Below, piece after piece: positions 19,722 to 28,992 of a DNA stretch of 36,329 nt. Source of the DNA: Fidelibacterota bacterium UBA1134 (GTDB taxonomy: Bacteria; Fidelibacterota; Marinisomatia; Marinisomatales; S15-B10); NCBI GenBank assembly GCA_002311975.1, contig DCAL01000051.1:8699-45027 (forward strand). Reading direction: 5' to 3'. Under the pieces are notes generated by a model, which worked only from the letters and a program-made list of their open reading frames with translations, made no database searches and was not told the DNA's origin. Each line of letters opens with the position of its first letter. Position 1 is the stretch's first letter. The translations under genes were made by a program, and so were the position numbers.

Positions 19722-21059
19722 ATGTTAGTCAAAATCAAAAAACTCTCGGCACTGTTCATCGTGCCCGGCGCCCTGATCTTGAGTCTGGGTACTGTGGGAT
19801 GTGACTTGGATGCAGAGAACCCCAACTCCCTTGTGGAGGACGACCTGACCAACCCTGCTGTGGCGGGAGCCCTTGCTAACGGCGCTCTCAACACACTCAG
19901 CCTCGGGACAGGATATGTACTGTGCCCCGTTTCGGTTGCCAGCGATGAGGCGACGTGGATTGGTTCCCGGGACGCATGGGGATCACTGGATAAAGGCCAG
20001 ATTTCAGACGTCTATAATGAGTTTGTGGACTTTGTCTGGCCGTATATTACTGAGGGACGGTGGATGTGCGACCGGGCCGTAACTGGACTTGAAGCGTTTA
20101 AGAGTGACGGCATTCTGAGCAATGATATCCTACTGGCGAAGGCTTATCTCTATGCCGGCGCTGTCAGGTGTGTTATTGCTGACAGCTTCGAGGATTTTGT
20201 CTATTCGGACAAGACGGTTTCCGGTCAGCCCATAGGGACGGGCAACATGATGCAGGTTTATGATGAGGCTATGACGCTCTTTAAGTCCGGCCTCGCCATT
20301 GCTCAGTCAGAAGGTGATACGGACCTGGAAGCGGTCTTCCACGGCATGCTGGCTCGTGCAGCGTTCTCCAAGGAAGTACACAGCAATATCGGCAACGCCG
20401 GTGGAGTTGTCACCGCCAGCATGGCCGCGTCACACGCCCAAGATGCACTGGACATCTGGGATGCAACATCCACGTGGCAGCTGCAATACTCTTCATCCAC
20501 CGTGTCGAATGAGTTCTCGTGGCAGATTAACGGGCGGTCTGAGCTTGAGTTCGGTTTCGACCCCGGCACGCAGGCGGGTGATGACCTTCCCGAAGACCTC
20601 ATTGATACAGATCTGAGTGTTAATGTTGTGGATCTTCAGGGTAACGACATGGGTCCTGCCGATCCGCGTTTGGCAGCCATTGCACTGGACTTCTTTTCGA
20701 ACCGCGGCGGAACGGACTATGCGCCCGTCACCATGGTTTCGGGAGCCGAAATGTACCTGATTCTTGCTGAGAATGCTTACGCCTCAGGCAATGACGATGA
20801 TGCGCTGACGTATCTCAACATGAACAGGACAGGCATGACAGCTTACGACGGCAGCAACGCCTCAGTGGCTGATGCTATAGTGCATGAGCGCCGCGCAAAC
20901 CTCTACGCGCAGGGGAAGCGTCTTCTGGATATGTACCGCTTTGGTGCAACATCGGTGCTGTGGGAATCTCAGTATGATGCACTCGGTTCTCCGGGTAGCC
21001 TGTTCCCTATCACCATTCAGGAGATCAGGGCGAACGAATTTGTGCTTCAGCCCGGATAA
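19722..21059 (+). CDS. SusD/RagB-family nutrient-binding outer-membrane lipoprotein
   Basis: It lies immediately downstream of the susC-like gene. The lipobox is 'LSLGTVGC'. The C-terminal SusD signature reads 'HERRANLYAQGKRLLDMYRFG ... FPITIQEIRANE'. I chose the start at 19722 because GGAGGA lies 7 nt upstream; the track ORF begins at 19701. Confidence 0.8.
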   Translation: MLVKIKKLSALFIVPGALILSLGTVGCDLDAENPNSLVEDDLTNPAVAGALANGALNTLSLGTGYVLCPVSVASDEATWIGSRDAWGSLDKGQISDVYNEFVDFVWPYITEGRWMCDRAVTGLEAFKSDGILSNDILLAKAYLYAGAVRCVIADSFEDFVYSDKTVSGQPIGTGNMMQVYDEAMTLFKSGLAIAQSEGDTDLEAVFHGMLARAAFSKEVHSNIGNAGGVVTASMAASHAQDALDIWDATSTWQLQYSSSTVSNEFSWQINGRSELEFGFDPGTQAGDDLPEDLIDTDLSVNVVDLQGNDMGPADPRLAAIALDFFSNRGGTDYAPVTMVSGAEMYLILAENAYASGNDDDALTYLNMNRTGMTAYDGSNASVADAIVHERRANLYAQGKRLLDMYRFGATSVLWESQYDALGSPGSLFPITIQEIRANEFVLQPG

Positions 21060-21087
21060 AGCAAAACCTTAAACTGTAGTTTGGAAG

Positions 21088-21123
21088 CGTGGGCTCCCTA
21101 TTAGTGGGGCCCACGTTTTTTTT
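21088..21123 (+). terminator. Rho-independent terminator after the susD-like gene
   Basis: 10-bp stem cgtgggctcc / ggggcccacg (one G-U pair) with an 8-nt loop, followed directly by T8 (21116-21123). Confidence 0.9.
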
Positions 21124-21158
21124 GTACTGTGACGGCAAAGGTCTGTAAATTATCACTC

Positions 21159-21824
21159 ATGGGGAAGTTGCGCCAACAGACAGTTGCTCTCTATCTGGCG
21201 GGGACAGTTTTTCTCACCTTAGCTCCAACAGTTTCGCTGGCGGAAAAGGGTGCAGGGAAGCCTGTTGTGGCATTTATCGGTGCTGAGCTCGAGGGCATTC
21301 CTGAACCACACCACAAGAGACTGTTAGAGCGGCTTGATAATCTCTTCTCGGAACAGAAAGGGTATCTGTATATGGGGCCTGAGGCTGTGATCTCATCGGT
21401 TGATCATTCCATGGTGATGAAGGCCCTTGCCACAAGAGAGAAGGAACTGCTTCTTGCGTTGGCGGACACAATCGGCGCAGATTATCTTTTTATGGCAAAG
21501 CTAAAAAATCGCTCGGATGAGCCGGGCCGCGTCATGCTGGTAGGAGATGTGGCGCGCTTTGACTGTAGCAATGGACAGTTGTACAGGGTGGAAGTTCTCA
21601 AGTATGTAGAGAACGTGGGAGTGGAACTGGCCAGAATCAGACTTAATCTGGTTGATACCATCATGGAAGATACCAAAGCGTCAGCCAACACAATCTTGTG
21701 GGTCTTTGCAACTATTGCCTTTTTGGGCGCGCTGATGCTGTTGTTGCTGAAGACTGAAGTTAAGTTGGGCGGTGAGGGGACTGGCGGTGATGGTGGTACG
21801 GGCGATCCGACAATGATTCAGTGA
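21159..21824 (+). CDS. Hypothetical secreted protein with C-terminal transmembrane anchor and Gly/Asp-rich tail
   Basis: The signal peptide is 'MGKLRQQTVALYLAGTVFLTLAPTVSLA'. It is followed by a ~150-aa soluble domain, a TM helix 'ILWVFATIAFLGALMLLLL' and the tail 'GGEGTGGDGGTGDP'. I recognise no family. The start could also be the GTG at 21129. Confidence 0.5.
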   Translation: MGKLRQQTVALYLAGTVFLTLAPTVSLAEKGAGKPVVAFIGAELEGIPEPHHKRLLERLDNLFSEQKGYLYMGPEAVISSVDHSMVMKALATREKELLLALADTIGADYLFMAKLKNRSDEPGRVMLVGDVARFDCSNGQLYRVEVLKYVENVGVELARIRLNLVDTIMEDTKASANTILWVFATIAFLGALMLLLLKTEVKLGGEGTGGDGGTGDPTMIQ

Positions 21825-21859
21825 GTGATGAGCTAAGAGTAGCAGGCGCGAGGTAAGCT

Positions 21860-23470
21860 ATGAATGATAAGACCAGACAACCCGATAAACAGTCAGCCAG
21901 TGATCCGGGAACAAGACTCGGACGGCGGGACGTCTTAAAGGCTCTTGCGTCAATTCCGGCCATGGCCCTGTTTGTCTATGAACTGCTGAAAAAGAGAGCA
22001 TTTGATGGATTGAGAAAGCTGAACATCCTCTCCGAGCTAGGGGCGCCCATGGAGGCGCCGGCTGTTGTACCTCCCAGGGCATCGGGAGAACTGATTCGGC
22101 TCGGTATCATAGGCTATGGCGGCAGAGGGGAACACCTTACGAGGGGCGCCGGCTTCGCACACTCTGACTGGACAGAGAGAAAAGCGGCGGACGCCAAGAA
22201 GAACAGGCTCGACAAGGCTTTTGAAACATTCATGAAGCAGCAGGATTTGAATGTTGTCATAAACGGCGTCTGCGACCTTTTTGATGTGCGTGCTGAAAGG
22301 GTCATGGCTGCCTCCAAAAATGATCTCAGGCCAGGCGCGGGCACACGGACACTTACAGAGGCAAGACGGTACAGACACTACACAGAGCTCCTTAACAGCA
22401 AGGATATTGATGCTGTCATTGTGGCTACTCCGGATCACTGGCATTCGCGCATAACGATAGATGCTCTGGAAGCTGGCAAGCACGTCTACTGTGAGAAATG
22501 TATGACACGGACTATCGAGGAAGCATTTGCGGTCCGCAAAGCAGTAAAGAGGACAGGAAACGTGTTTCAGCTGGGGCATCAGAACAGGCAGGTAGAAACA
22601 TATGAGCAGGCGAGAAGAATTGTTGAGAGCGGGATACTGGGCCTTGTGACGCTTGTTGAGGTAACCACAAACCGCAATTCACCCGGCGGAGCATGGGTGT
22701 GGGGTATCCATCCGGACGGAAACCCAAAGACCATCGACTGGCAGACATTTCAGCAGCCGTCACCTAACAAGGTGCCGTTCAGCCTGGAGAGATTCTTCCG
22801 CTGGAGGTGCTGGTATGATTACGGCACGGGACTGTCGGGAGATCTGTTTTCCCACGAATTTGACGCTTTCAACCAGATAATGAACGTGGGCATTCCCAAG
22901 TATGCCGTTGCCAGCGGCGGTATTTACCGCTATAAGGACGGCCGCGACGTGCCGGATGTTTTTCAGGTGACATTCGAGTATCCCGACAAAAACCTGACAT
23001 TGATCTACAGTTCGACGCTGGCGTCAGGGAGAAACCGGGGAAATCTATTTATGGGACACGATGCAACCATGCAACTCGGCAATGAGGGGTCAGCTTCCAG
23101 CAGTCCGTTGAGCGTGACGGCTGATCATCAGTCAACAAGGTTCAGGCAGAAAATCGATAGTGGCGAGATCAGTACTTCACTGCCGCTTTTCGCCTACAGT
23201 CCTGGATCGAGGCAAATTGACGGAATTACATCCGCCAGCGCAAAATATTTTGCCAGCAAAGGGCTTGTATATACGTATCGTGGCGGCAAAAGGGTTGACC
23301 CCACGCATCTTCATATAAAGGACTGGTTAGATGGAATCCGCCACGGCACAACACCCAGATGTAACATTGATGTAGGTTTTGAAGAGGCTATTGCGTGCCA
23401 TATGGCCACCAAAGCTTTTCTGGAGGGCAGGCGGGTGGAGTGGGATTCAGTGAATGAAAAAGTGATTTAG
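21860..23470 (+). CDS. Gfo/Idh/MocA-family NAD(P)-dependent oxidoreductase with twin-arginine N-terminus (paralog A)
   Basis: 536 aa. The Tat motif is 'GRRDVLKALASIPAMALF'. The Rossmann start is 'IRLGIIGYGGRG', followed by 'DAVIVATPDHWH' and the EKP-type motif 'YCEKCM'. It is highly similar to the gene at 28993..30657. Confidence 0.9.
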   Translation: MNDKTRQPDKQSASDPGTRLGRRDVLKALASIPAMALFVYELLKKRAFDGLRKLNILSELGAPMEAPAVVPPRASGELIRLGIIGYGGRGEHLTRGAGFAHSDWTERKAADAKKNRLDKAFETFMKQQDLNVVINGVCDLFDVRAERVMAASKNDLRPGAGTRTLTEARRYRHYTELLNSKDIDAVIVATPDHWHSRITIDALEAGKHVYCEKCMTRTIEEAFAVRKAVKRTGNVFQLGHQNRQVETYEQARRIVESGILGLVTLVEVTTNRNSPGGAWVWGIHPDGNPKTIDWQTFQQPSPNKVPFSLERFFRWRCWYDYGTGLSGDLFSHEFDAFNQIMNVGIPKYAVASGGIYRYKDGRDVPDVFQVTFEYPDKNLTLIYSSTLASGRNRGNLFMGHDATMQLGNEGSASSSPLSVTADHQSTRFRQKIDSGEISTSLPLFAYSPGSRQIDGITSASAKYFASKGLVYTYRGGKRVDPTHLHIKDWLDGIRHGTTPRCNIDVGFEEAIACHMATKAFLEGRRVEWDSVNEKVI

Positions 23471-23780
23471 CCTGAGTTACAGGACTTGAGTTAAGAATCC
23501 GAGGAGGAGAGTTGACTTAAGGACTAGGAAATCAGCACCATCGCTCTTAACTCGCTGAATCCTTCAAAAACGGCGTTACCTTGCCAGGGCCGTGAACGCC
23601 CTGCTTTCAGTATGGCGTTCTTTGATCTCCGCCTTAAAGGACGCGGCTATGTATGGAATAGTTCTCATGAATTTCGCCAGGAGGCCCAGGCCTATAATGA
23701 TTATCCAGAGTTAATGGCGAGGGGGCAGTTTAACCATCTGGTGAGAGTGGCGGTCTTTTACTTTTCTGTCCCATCTCGGC

Positions 23781-24731
23781 CTAACCGAGTTCAGTCCGAA
23801 CCCGCTCTAATAGTGTCTTCGTCGCCTTAATTCCGTCCATTTCACTGAACCCGTCCCCCTCGTATTCCACGCCTACATAGCTGCTGTAGCCGGCATCGAG
23901 GACAATATTCATCATCTGAACGTAGTCAGTGTGAATTTCATTGCCGTCTGAATCGAAGTCGTGGCTCTTGGCACTGACGGCTTTGGCATAGGGCATGAGT
24001 TCGGAGACCCCCTTATAGCGGTCGTATTCATCAAAACAGTCCCCTTCCCACAATCCGGGCCCTGACTTCTGAACACAAAAATTTCCAAAGTCAGGCAGCG
24101 TACCGCATCCTGGATGATCTACTTTCTTAATCACATTAGAGAGCCACTGTCCATTGCTGGAGAGACCACCGTGGTTCTCTACAATAACCTTGATGTTCTT
24201 CCGATCTCCAAATTCTGTCAGGCGGCGCAGCCCGTCCGCTGCTAGTTTCATCTGTTCCTCATAGGTTCCGTCGCTTCGGGCGTTGACCCTTATGGAGTGG
24301 CAGCCGAGAAACTTCGCCGCCGTCACCCATTTGTAGTGATTCTCGATGGCCTGTTTGCGGGCTGATTCATCTGGATCCCCGAGGTTTCCTTCAGAATCGC
24401 ACATGATGAGCAAACTCTTGACGCCTTCGCCGTCAGCGCGGGAAACCATCTCTTTCAGGTAGTCTTTGTCTTGCGCCTTTTCAAAGAAGAAAGTATTTAC
24501 ATATTCCACCGCATCAATGCCAAATTCTCCTCTGGCGATCTTAGCGAAATCGAGATGATTGATCTCGCCGCTCCATAAAGCCCTATGAAGAGACCACTCA
24601 GCCAAGGATATTTTGAACAATGGTTCTTCTACCCGGCTCGATAATCTCGTGCCCGGTAATCCCATGACAGTCAAACCTCCGGCAAGTGTGACGGACTGTT
24701 TCAGGAATGCCCGCCTGTCTATTATTTCCAT
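23781..24731 (-). CDS. Xylose-isomerase-like TIM-barrel protein (sugar phosphate isomerase/epimerase family, AP_endonuc_2) with Tat signal
   Basis: 316 aa. The Tat motif is '[16 protein letters not shown]'. Metal-site-like motifs are 'VIVENHGG', 'LPDFGNF' and 'YVGVEYEG'. GGAGGA lies upstream of the start. Confidence 0.88.
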   Translation of the reverse strand: MEIIDRRAFLKQSVTLAGGLTVMGLPGTRLSSRVEEPLFKISLAEWSLHRALWSGEINHLDFAKIARGEFGIDAVEYVNTFFFEKAQDKDYLKEMVSRADGEGVKSLLIMCDSEGNLGDPDESARKQAIENHYKWVTAAKFLGCHSIRVNARSDGTYEEQMKLAADGLRRLTEFGDRKNIKVIVENHGGLSSNGQWLSNVIKKVDHPGCGTLPDFGNFCVQKSGPGLWEGDCFDEYDRYKGVSELMPYAKAVSAKSHDFDSDGNEIHTDYVQMMNIVLDAGYSSYVGVEYEGDGFSEMDGIKATKTLLERVRTELG

Positions 24732-24763
24732 TTCTTTTCCTCCTCGATTCTCCCAGAATTTAG

Positions 24764-25822
24764 TTGATTTGTCCCGTGCTTAGAACACTCTTTATTTTCA
24801 CCTCTTTCTGGTTTCTGATGTCATCCTGTGGCGAGTCGAAACGCGAAATTGTGCTTAACGGAAGAACTATGGGCACCACCTATCAGATAAAGTTATTATC
24901 ACAGCAAGGCTTGAGAGCTGTGGGAGTTCTGAAAACGGAGATCGACTCCGTCCTTGCCCAGGTAAACAGGCAGATGTCCCTCTACCAGTACGGCAGCGAG
25001 ATCAACGCCTTCAACCGCTCTTTATCCACAGAAGCGTTTGCGGTTTCTGAAGAATTCGCGTTTGTCCTTGGCAGGGCCCTCTACTGGTCAGCCGTGACAG
25101 ACGGGGCCTTTGATGTGACTATATTCCCACTTCTTTTTCTCTGGGGATTCGGGCCGGGCCAGGAGACAGACCCTCTTACCGTGTTTCCGGACAAGACCAC
25201 CGTTCAGAACAAATTGGTACATGTGGGGTACGGCAAGCTGAAGGTAGTGCAACAGACGCTGATTAAGAACGATCCCCATGTAAGGATTGATCTTAACGCC
25301 ATCGCCAAAGGTTTTGGCGTAGACGCTGTTTACGACTATCTTCAGTCTCAGGACGTTGCTCATATGATGGTGGAAATTGGCGGCGAAGTGCGCGTTAGAG
25401 GGAAGAATCAGAACGGCCATTCCTGGACCATTGCTATCGAGTGCCCCCATCTGTCCGCTGATTCGGAGAGGACTTTTGATTGGATCTGTGAATTGAAAGG
25501 AGGTGCTGTGGCAACGTCAGGGGATTACAGGAATTTCTTTGAAGTGGACGGCGAGGTTTTCTCACACGAGATCGACCCAACAAGTGGCTATCCTGCCAAA
25601 ACTAAAGTGGCCTCCGCCACCGTCACTGCTCCTAATTGTACTGATGCTGACGCGCTGGCCACTGCCCTCATGGTGATGGATGTTAACGAAGGGATGAAGC
25701 TCGTAGAATCACTTCCGGAGGTGGAGGCGTTCCTGCTGGTGAGGGAGTCCGCCAGTCAGTTTACATCCCGCCGCAGCTCCGGCATGACCATTAGGGCCGT
25801 TGGAAAGGACTCAGATAGGTAG
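24764..25822 (+). CDS. apbE: ApbE-family FAD:protein FMN transferase, lipoprotein type
   Basis: 352 aa. Motifs: '[10 protein letters not shown]', '[14 protein letters not shown]', '[17 protein letters not shown]', '[15 protein letters not shown]', '[11 protein letters not shown]', '[14 protein letters not shown]', '[11 protein letters not shown]', '[13 protein letters not shown]'. A TTG start gives the signal plus lipobox 'FWFLMSSC'. Confidence 0.92.
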   Translation: MICPVLRTLFIFTSFWFLMSSCGESKREIVLNGRTMGTTYQIKLLSQQGLRAVGVLKTEIDSVLAQVNRQMSLYQYGSEINAFNRSLSTEAFAVSEEFAFVLGRALYWSAVTDGAFDVTIFPLLFLWGFGPGQETDPLTVFPDKTTVQNKLVHVGYGKLKVVQQTLIKNDPHVRIDLNAIAKGFGVDAVYDYLQSQDVAHMMVEIGGEVRVRGKNQNGHSWTIAIECPHLSADSERTFDWICELKGGAVATSGDYRNFFEVDGEVFSHEIDPTSGYPAKTKVASATVTAPNCTDADALATALMVMDVNEGMKLVESLPEVEAFLLVRESASQFTSRRSSGMTIRAVGKDSDR

Positions 25823-25824
25823 CG

Positions 25825-26457
25825 CTATTCCAGCGCTTTCACGTAGATATTCCGGAAGGAAACGGTGGTGTCCCAGTCGTGGTTCTGGAGACCGATGTAA
25901 CCTTCGCCGGCGAAGTCCCTGATTTTCCCTCGCGGTTCAGCTTCCCAGTCCACGACCTTTTCGCCGTTCAGTTCCACTTGAATCCGCTTGCCTTGAAAGA
26001 TGATCTTGTAGTGGTTCCATTCCCCGCCGGGCTTTGACGCGTTTTTGCTGGCCGGTTCCGCATCGTAAACGGCAGCGGTCCTGTGGAGGGCTTCCTCTGC
26101 CGCATCATTGATCTGCACCTCAAACGAGTGATAGATGTATTCATTGCTTGATGGCATCTCGGGAACCCGCAGGAAAATGCCCGAATTGGCCTCAGGATGG
26201 GAACTCCTGAAATCGAGCTCCAAGATGAAAGCCCCGTACTTTCTTGCACTATACCAGAACAGGCCCATGCCTCCGTGGGAGGTGATGATGCCTGTCTCCC
26301 TATCTAGATCGAAGTAGCCGGGCCCGTAGTGATTCCATCCATGTTTGGAATAGACACCTTCGTGCTCCGAGAGTATTCGCTCAAATCCTTCCTTTTCAGG
26401 CGCAGATGCACACGAAGTCATGAACAACAGAACGATAAGTGATAGCCAACGCAGCAT
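25825..26457 (-). CDS. DUF1080 (3-keto-disaccharide hydrolase family) lipoprotein
   Basis: 210 aa. The lipobox is 'LLFMTSC'. Family motifs are 'YGAFILELDFR...ANSGIFLR', 'FEVQINDA', 'GEWNHYKIIFQGKRIQVELNGEKV' and 'GYIGLQNHDWDTTVSFRNIYVK'. AAGGAG lies upstream. Confidence 0.88.
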   Translation of the reverse strand: MLRWLSLIVLLFMTSCASAPEKEGFERILSEHEGVYSKHGWNHYGPGYFDLDRETGIITSHGGMGLFWYSARKYGAFILELDFRSSHPEANSGIFLRVPEMPSSNEYIYHSFEVQINDAAEEALHRTAAVYDAEPASKNASKPGGEWNHYKIIFQGKRIQVELNGEKVVDWEAEPRGKIRDFAGEGYIGLQNHDWDTTVSFRNIYVKALE

Positions 26458-26472
26458 AGTCAGAGTACTCCT

Positions 26473-27723
26473 TTATGATTCTTTCGGATTCCATTCCCCC
26501 TTCGCCACCGCTGGGATGAACGTCTCAAGGCTTGGAGGCGGGAATAGGATGGTCTTGTCTTGTTCGGCGCTCATGTAGGCGGTCATGAGGAGTTCCGTTA
26601 CGTTCAAGCCGTCGCTGAAGTTTTCTTCCGGTCTCTTTCCCGCCAGAAACGACTGCACCATGTGACGATTCTCAGCCGTATAGCCATAGGCCTCCGTCTC
26701 GTTGCTCACCACAGGCATTTCGCCCGACTCAGCGTTCTGTTTCTCCACCAGATCCTCGCTCTGAGACCCCGTCACATTGCGGCTGAAGAAGACGCGAAGA
26801 TCAGAATCGAGTGTATTGACAAACATGGAATACTCCGGGCCGAACAGTTCCAGACTGAGCCTCAGTCCCGCTCCTACAAAGCACCACGATGTGGTGGTCT
26901 CCACAACAATCTTTTCATCATCTTGATTGACATATTCGATGAGTGATCTGGCAAAGTCTTCTGAAGGTTTCTTGGTGTAGTCCGTCTTGCCGCCGCTGTT
27001 GTCTGAAAGGATTTTCGCATACTTGGGCCGCTGCCATTTCAGGCAGGCGGCGTAAGCGTTCACGCTGACCGGGGTCAGCACATCCCGTCTAGCGCCGGGG
27101 GGCGTCAGCATGAATCGGGCCTCTTCTACCGAGTGACACATCATATCATTCAGCACGCCGCCGCCCTGCAGTTCCCCCTCCCAGAACCACGGCATGTGCG
27201 GCCCGCTGTGCTCTTCCGCGGCGCGGGCGAGGTAGGGCGGTCCGGTGAGGGCAGCGCCCCGGGCCCAGACGATCTCTTTGCCGCGCGTCACCGATGGTGC
27301 AAAAATCTGATTCTCTAAATAGCCGTCCAGAAGATTGGAACTCTGAGCCAATTCCAGCATCTTGCGGGCCTCTGCCACATTACGTCCGAGCGGTTTTTCA
27401 CAGGTAACACCAATCAGTTCACCTTTACCTGTTTCAATGGCATGTACGATCTCCTCCATCACTTCAATACGGGTAAAGTTGGGGGCACAAATCCACAATG
27501 CATGAATATTGTTATCGGCAACCATATCGGTAATTGAATCATAGGCTTTGGCATCTCCGACACCAATTTCTCTGGCAAGTATTGCTGCTTCTTCCGCTGT
27601 ATCACGCGACTTTGAAACGACTCCTAGTACATCTGCATCTCTAACACCTATCAAGGACTTAATATGAAATCTGGCGATAAATCCACCACCGATAAAACCT
27701 ATGCCTAATCGTTTTTCCCCCAT
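26473..27723 (-). CDS. Gfo/Idh/MocA-family oxidoreductase, cytoplasmic (no signal peptide)
   Basis: 416 aa. The Rossmann start is 'LGIGFIGGGFIARFH', followed by 'ALWICAPNFTR' and the 'CEKPLG' EKP motif. The C-terminal alpha/beta domain is typical. Confidence 0.9.
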   Translation of the reverse strand: MGEKRLGIGFIGGGFIARFHIKSLIGVRDADVLGVVSKSRDTAEEAAILAREIGVGDAKAYDSITDMVADNNIHALWICAPNFTRIEVMEEIVHAIETGKGELIGVTCEKPLGRNVAEARKMLELAQSSNLLDGYLENQIFAPSVTRGKEIVWARGAALTGPPYLARAAEEHSGPHMPWFWEGELQGGGVLNDMMCHSVEEARFMLTPPGARRDVLTPVSVNAYAACLKWQRPKYAKILSDNSGGKTDYTKKPSEDFARSLIEYVNQDDEKIVVETTTSWCFVGAGLRLSLELFGPEYSMFVNTLDSDLRVFFSRNVTGSQSEDLVEKQNAESGEMPVVSNETEAYGYTAENRHMVQSFLAGKRPEENFSDGLNVTELLMTAYMSAEQDKTILFPPPSLETFIPAVAKGEWNPKES

Positions 27724-27729
27724 TAGATG

Positions 27730-28944
27730 TTATACCGATTGCAACTCTGCTGCAGTTGCTTTATGATCATCCTTAAAAAACAAAAGAAAGACAAAAGCCA
27801 TTACGGTACATAGCATCGCTGGTATTAAAAAGAATTTCCACCAGATTGTTGAACCATCTGCTAGTTTGAAAGTATCCCATATATACCCAGTAAATAATGT
27901 CCCTAAGTAATTACCGACACCTAAGGTGAAGAAGGTAAGCATAGCTTGGGCCGAAGCACGCATATCATCACTGGCCTTCATATTTACATAAATCTGAGAC
28001 GTAACGAAGAAAAAGGCGTAACCAAAACCATGTAGTGTAAGTGATCCAATAATAACGGATAAATTAGGTACCATAAACAAAAAGTATCTGATTGGCCAAG
28101 CCAAAATTCCAATCACCATTGTAAGCCTAACACCCAATTTCTGTATGGATACATGTAATAAGAAAAGCAACACCACAACTTCCGCGATCTGTGCAACTGT
28201 TTTTATAGCCGTTAGCCAAGCTTCTTCTGCGCCCATATCTAACAGAAATGGGGCTGTAGGTATATAATAAAATTGCAGTTCTGTTGTTACGGCAAATGAA
28301 GCCATCATAAAGATCAAAAAATTCCTATCTTTAAGCAACGAGAGCGCTTCAAGAAATGCAAGTGGATTATTTTGGCTGGCTACTGGCGGTGTTTTAGGTA
28401 AGGTGAAGCAAAACATGCCCATAATAATTGATGTAACTGCAGCAAACATTAATAAGTCGCTTCCGCCAGTCCAATTTTCGGTGTGCCATTGACTGCGCAT
28501 GAAAGTGACCACCCAGCCGACAGAAATCCACCCAATCGTGCCCCACATACGTATCTTGCCAAACTCTACTTCAGCATTCTCAAGATTCCGAAAACAAATA
28601 GAGTTTGTCAGCGCAAGGGTGGGGGCATAAAAAAGGCAATAAATAAACATCCAGGTCCACATTGGAACAAATTCTTGCTGGACAGCAGTAAAATAAAGAA
28701 GAACCCCACCCAAGAGGTGGGCGACTCCCAAGAATAATTGTGTCGGCAGTAATCGATCAGCGATCTGACCACCAATGAAAGGTGCAATTATACAGCCCAG
28801 CCACAAACAACCATATATAGCCGCGATCTCGCTACCGGCAAACCCCAGCTTATCTAAATGTGCGCCAAGGGCAGTAGTCCATGATCCCCAAATGGCATAC
28901 TGCAAAAACATCATGATACCAAAACGTGTTTTTCTATCACCCAT
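27730..28944 (-). CDS. MFS transporter, nucleoside:H+ symporter (NHS)-like subfamily
   Basis: 404 aa, about 12 TM segments. The N-terminus 'RFGIMMFLQYAIWGSWTTALGAHL' is typical of Nuc_H_symport-type MFS permeases. It lies 6 bp upstream of the next gene in the operon. Confidence 0.82.
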   Translation of the reverse strand: MGDRKTRFGIMMFLQYAIWGSWTTALGAHLDKLGFAGSEIAAIYGCLWLGCIIAPFIGGQIADRLLPTQLFLGVAHLLGGVLLYFTAVQQEFVPMWTWMFIYCLFYAPTLALTNSICFRNLENAEVEFGKIRMWGTIGWISVGWVVTFMRSQWHTENWTGGSDLLMFAAVTSIIMGMFCFTLPKTPPVASQNNPLAFLEALSLLKDRNFLIFMMASFAVTTELQFYYIPTAPFLLDMGAEEAWLTAIKTVAQIAEVVVLLFLLHVSIQKLGVRLTMVIGILAWPIRYFLFMVPNLSVIIGSLTLHGFGYAFFFVTSQIYVNMKASDDMRASAQAMLTFFTLGVGNYLGTLFTGYIWDTFKLADGSTIWWKFFLIPAMLCTVMAFVFLLFFKDDHKATAAELQSV

Positions 28945-28992
28945 TTTGATATACCCGCCTATTATTTAATGTGTAGTACTAAATAATTTACT

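Noticed and set aside
23471-23780. 310-bp convergent gap, containing a 72-aa plus-strand ORF (23612-23830), a minus-strand micro-ORF 'LWIIIIGLGLLAKFMRTIPYIAASFKAEIKERH' that is vaguely TatA-like, and the hairpin cagggc-N7-gccctg (23585-23603)
   Set aside because: The 72-aa ORF overlaps the TIM-barrel gene's 3' end and has no motifs. The TatA resemblance lacks the F-G-P hinge and a usable start codon upstream of the hydrophobic stretch. The hairpin has only a CTTTC tail, so it is at best a weak terminator.
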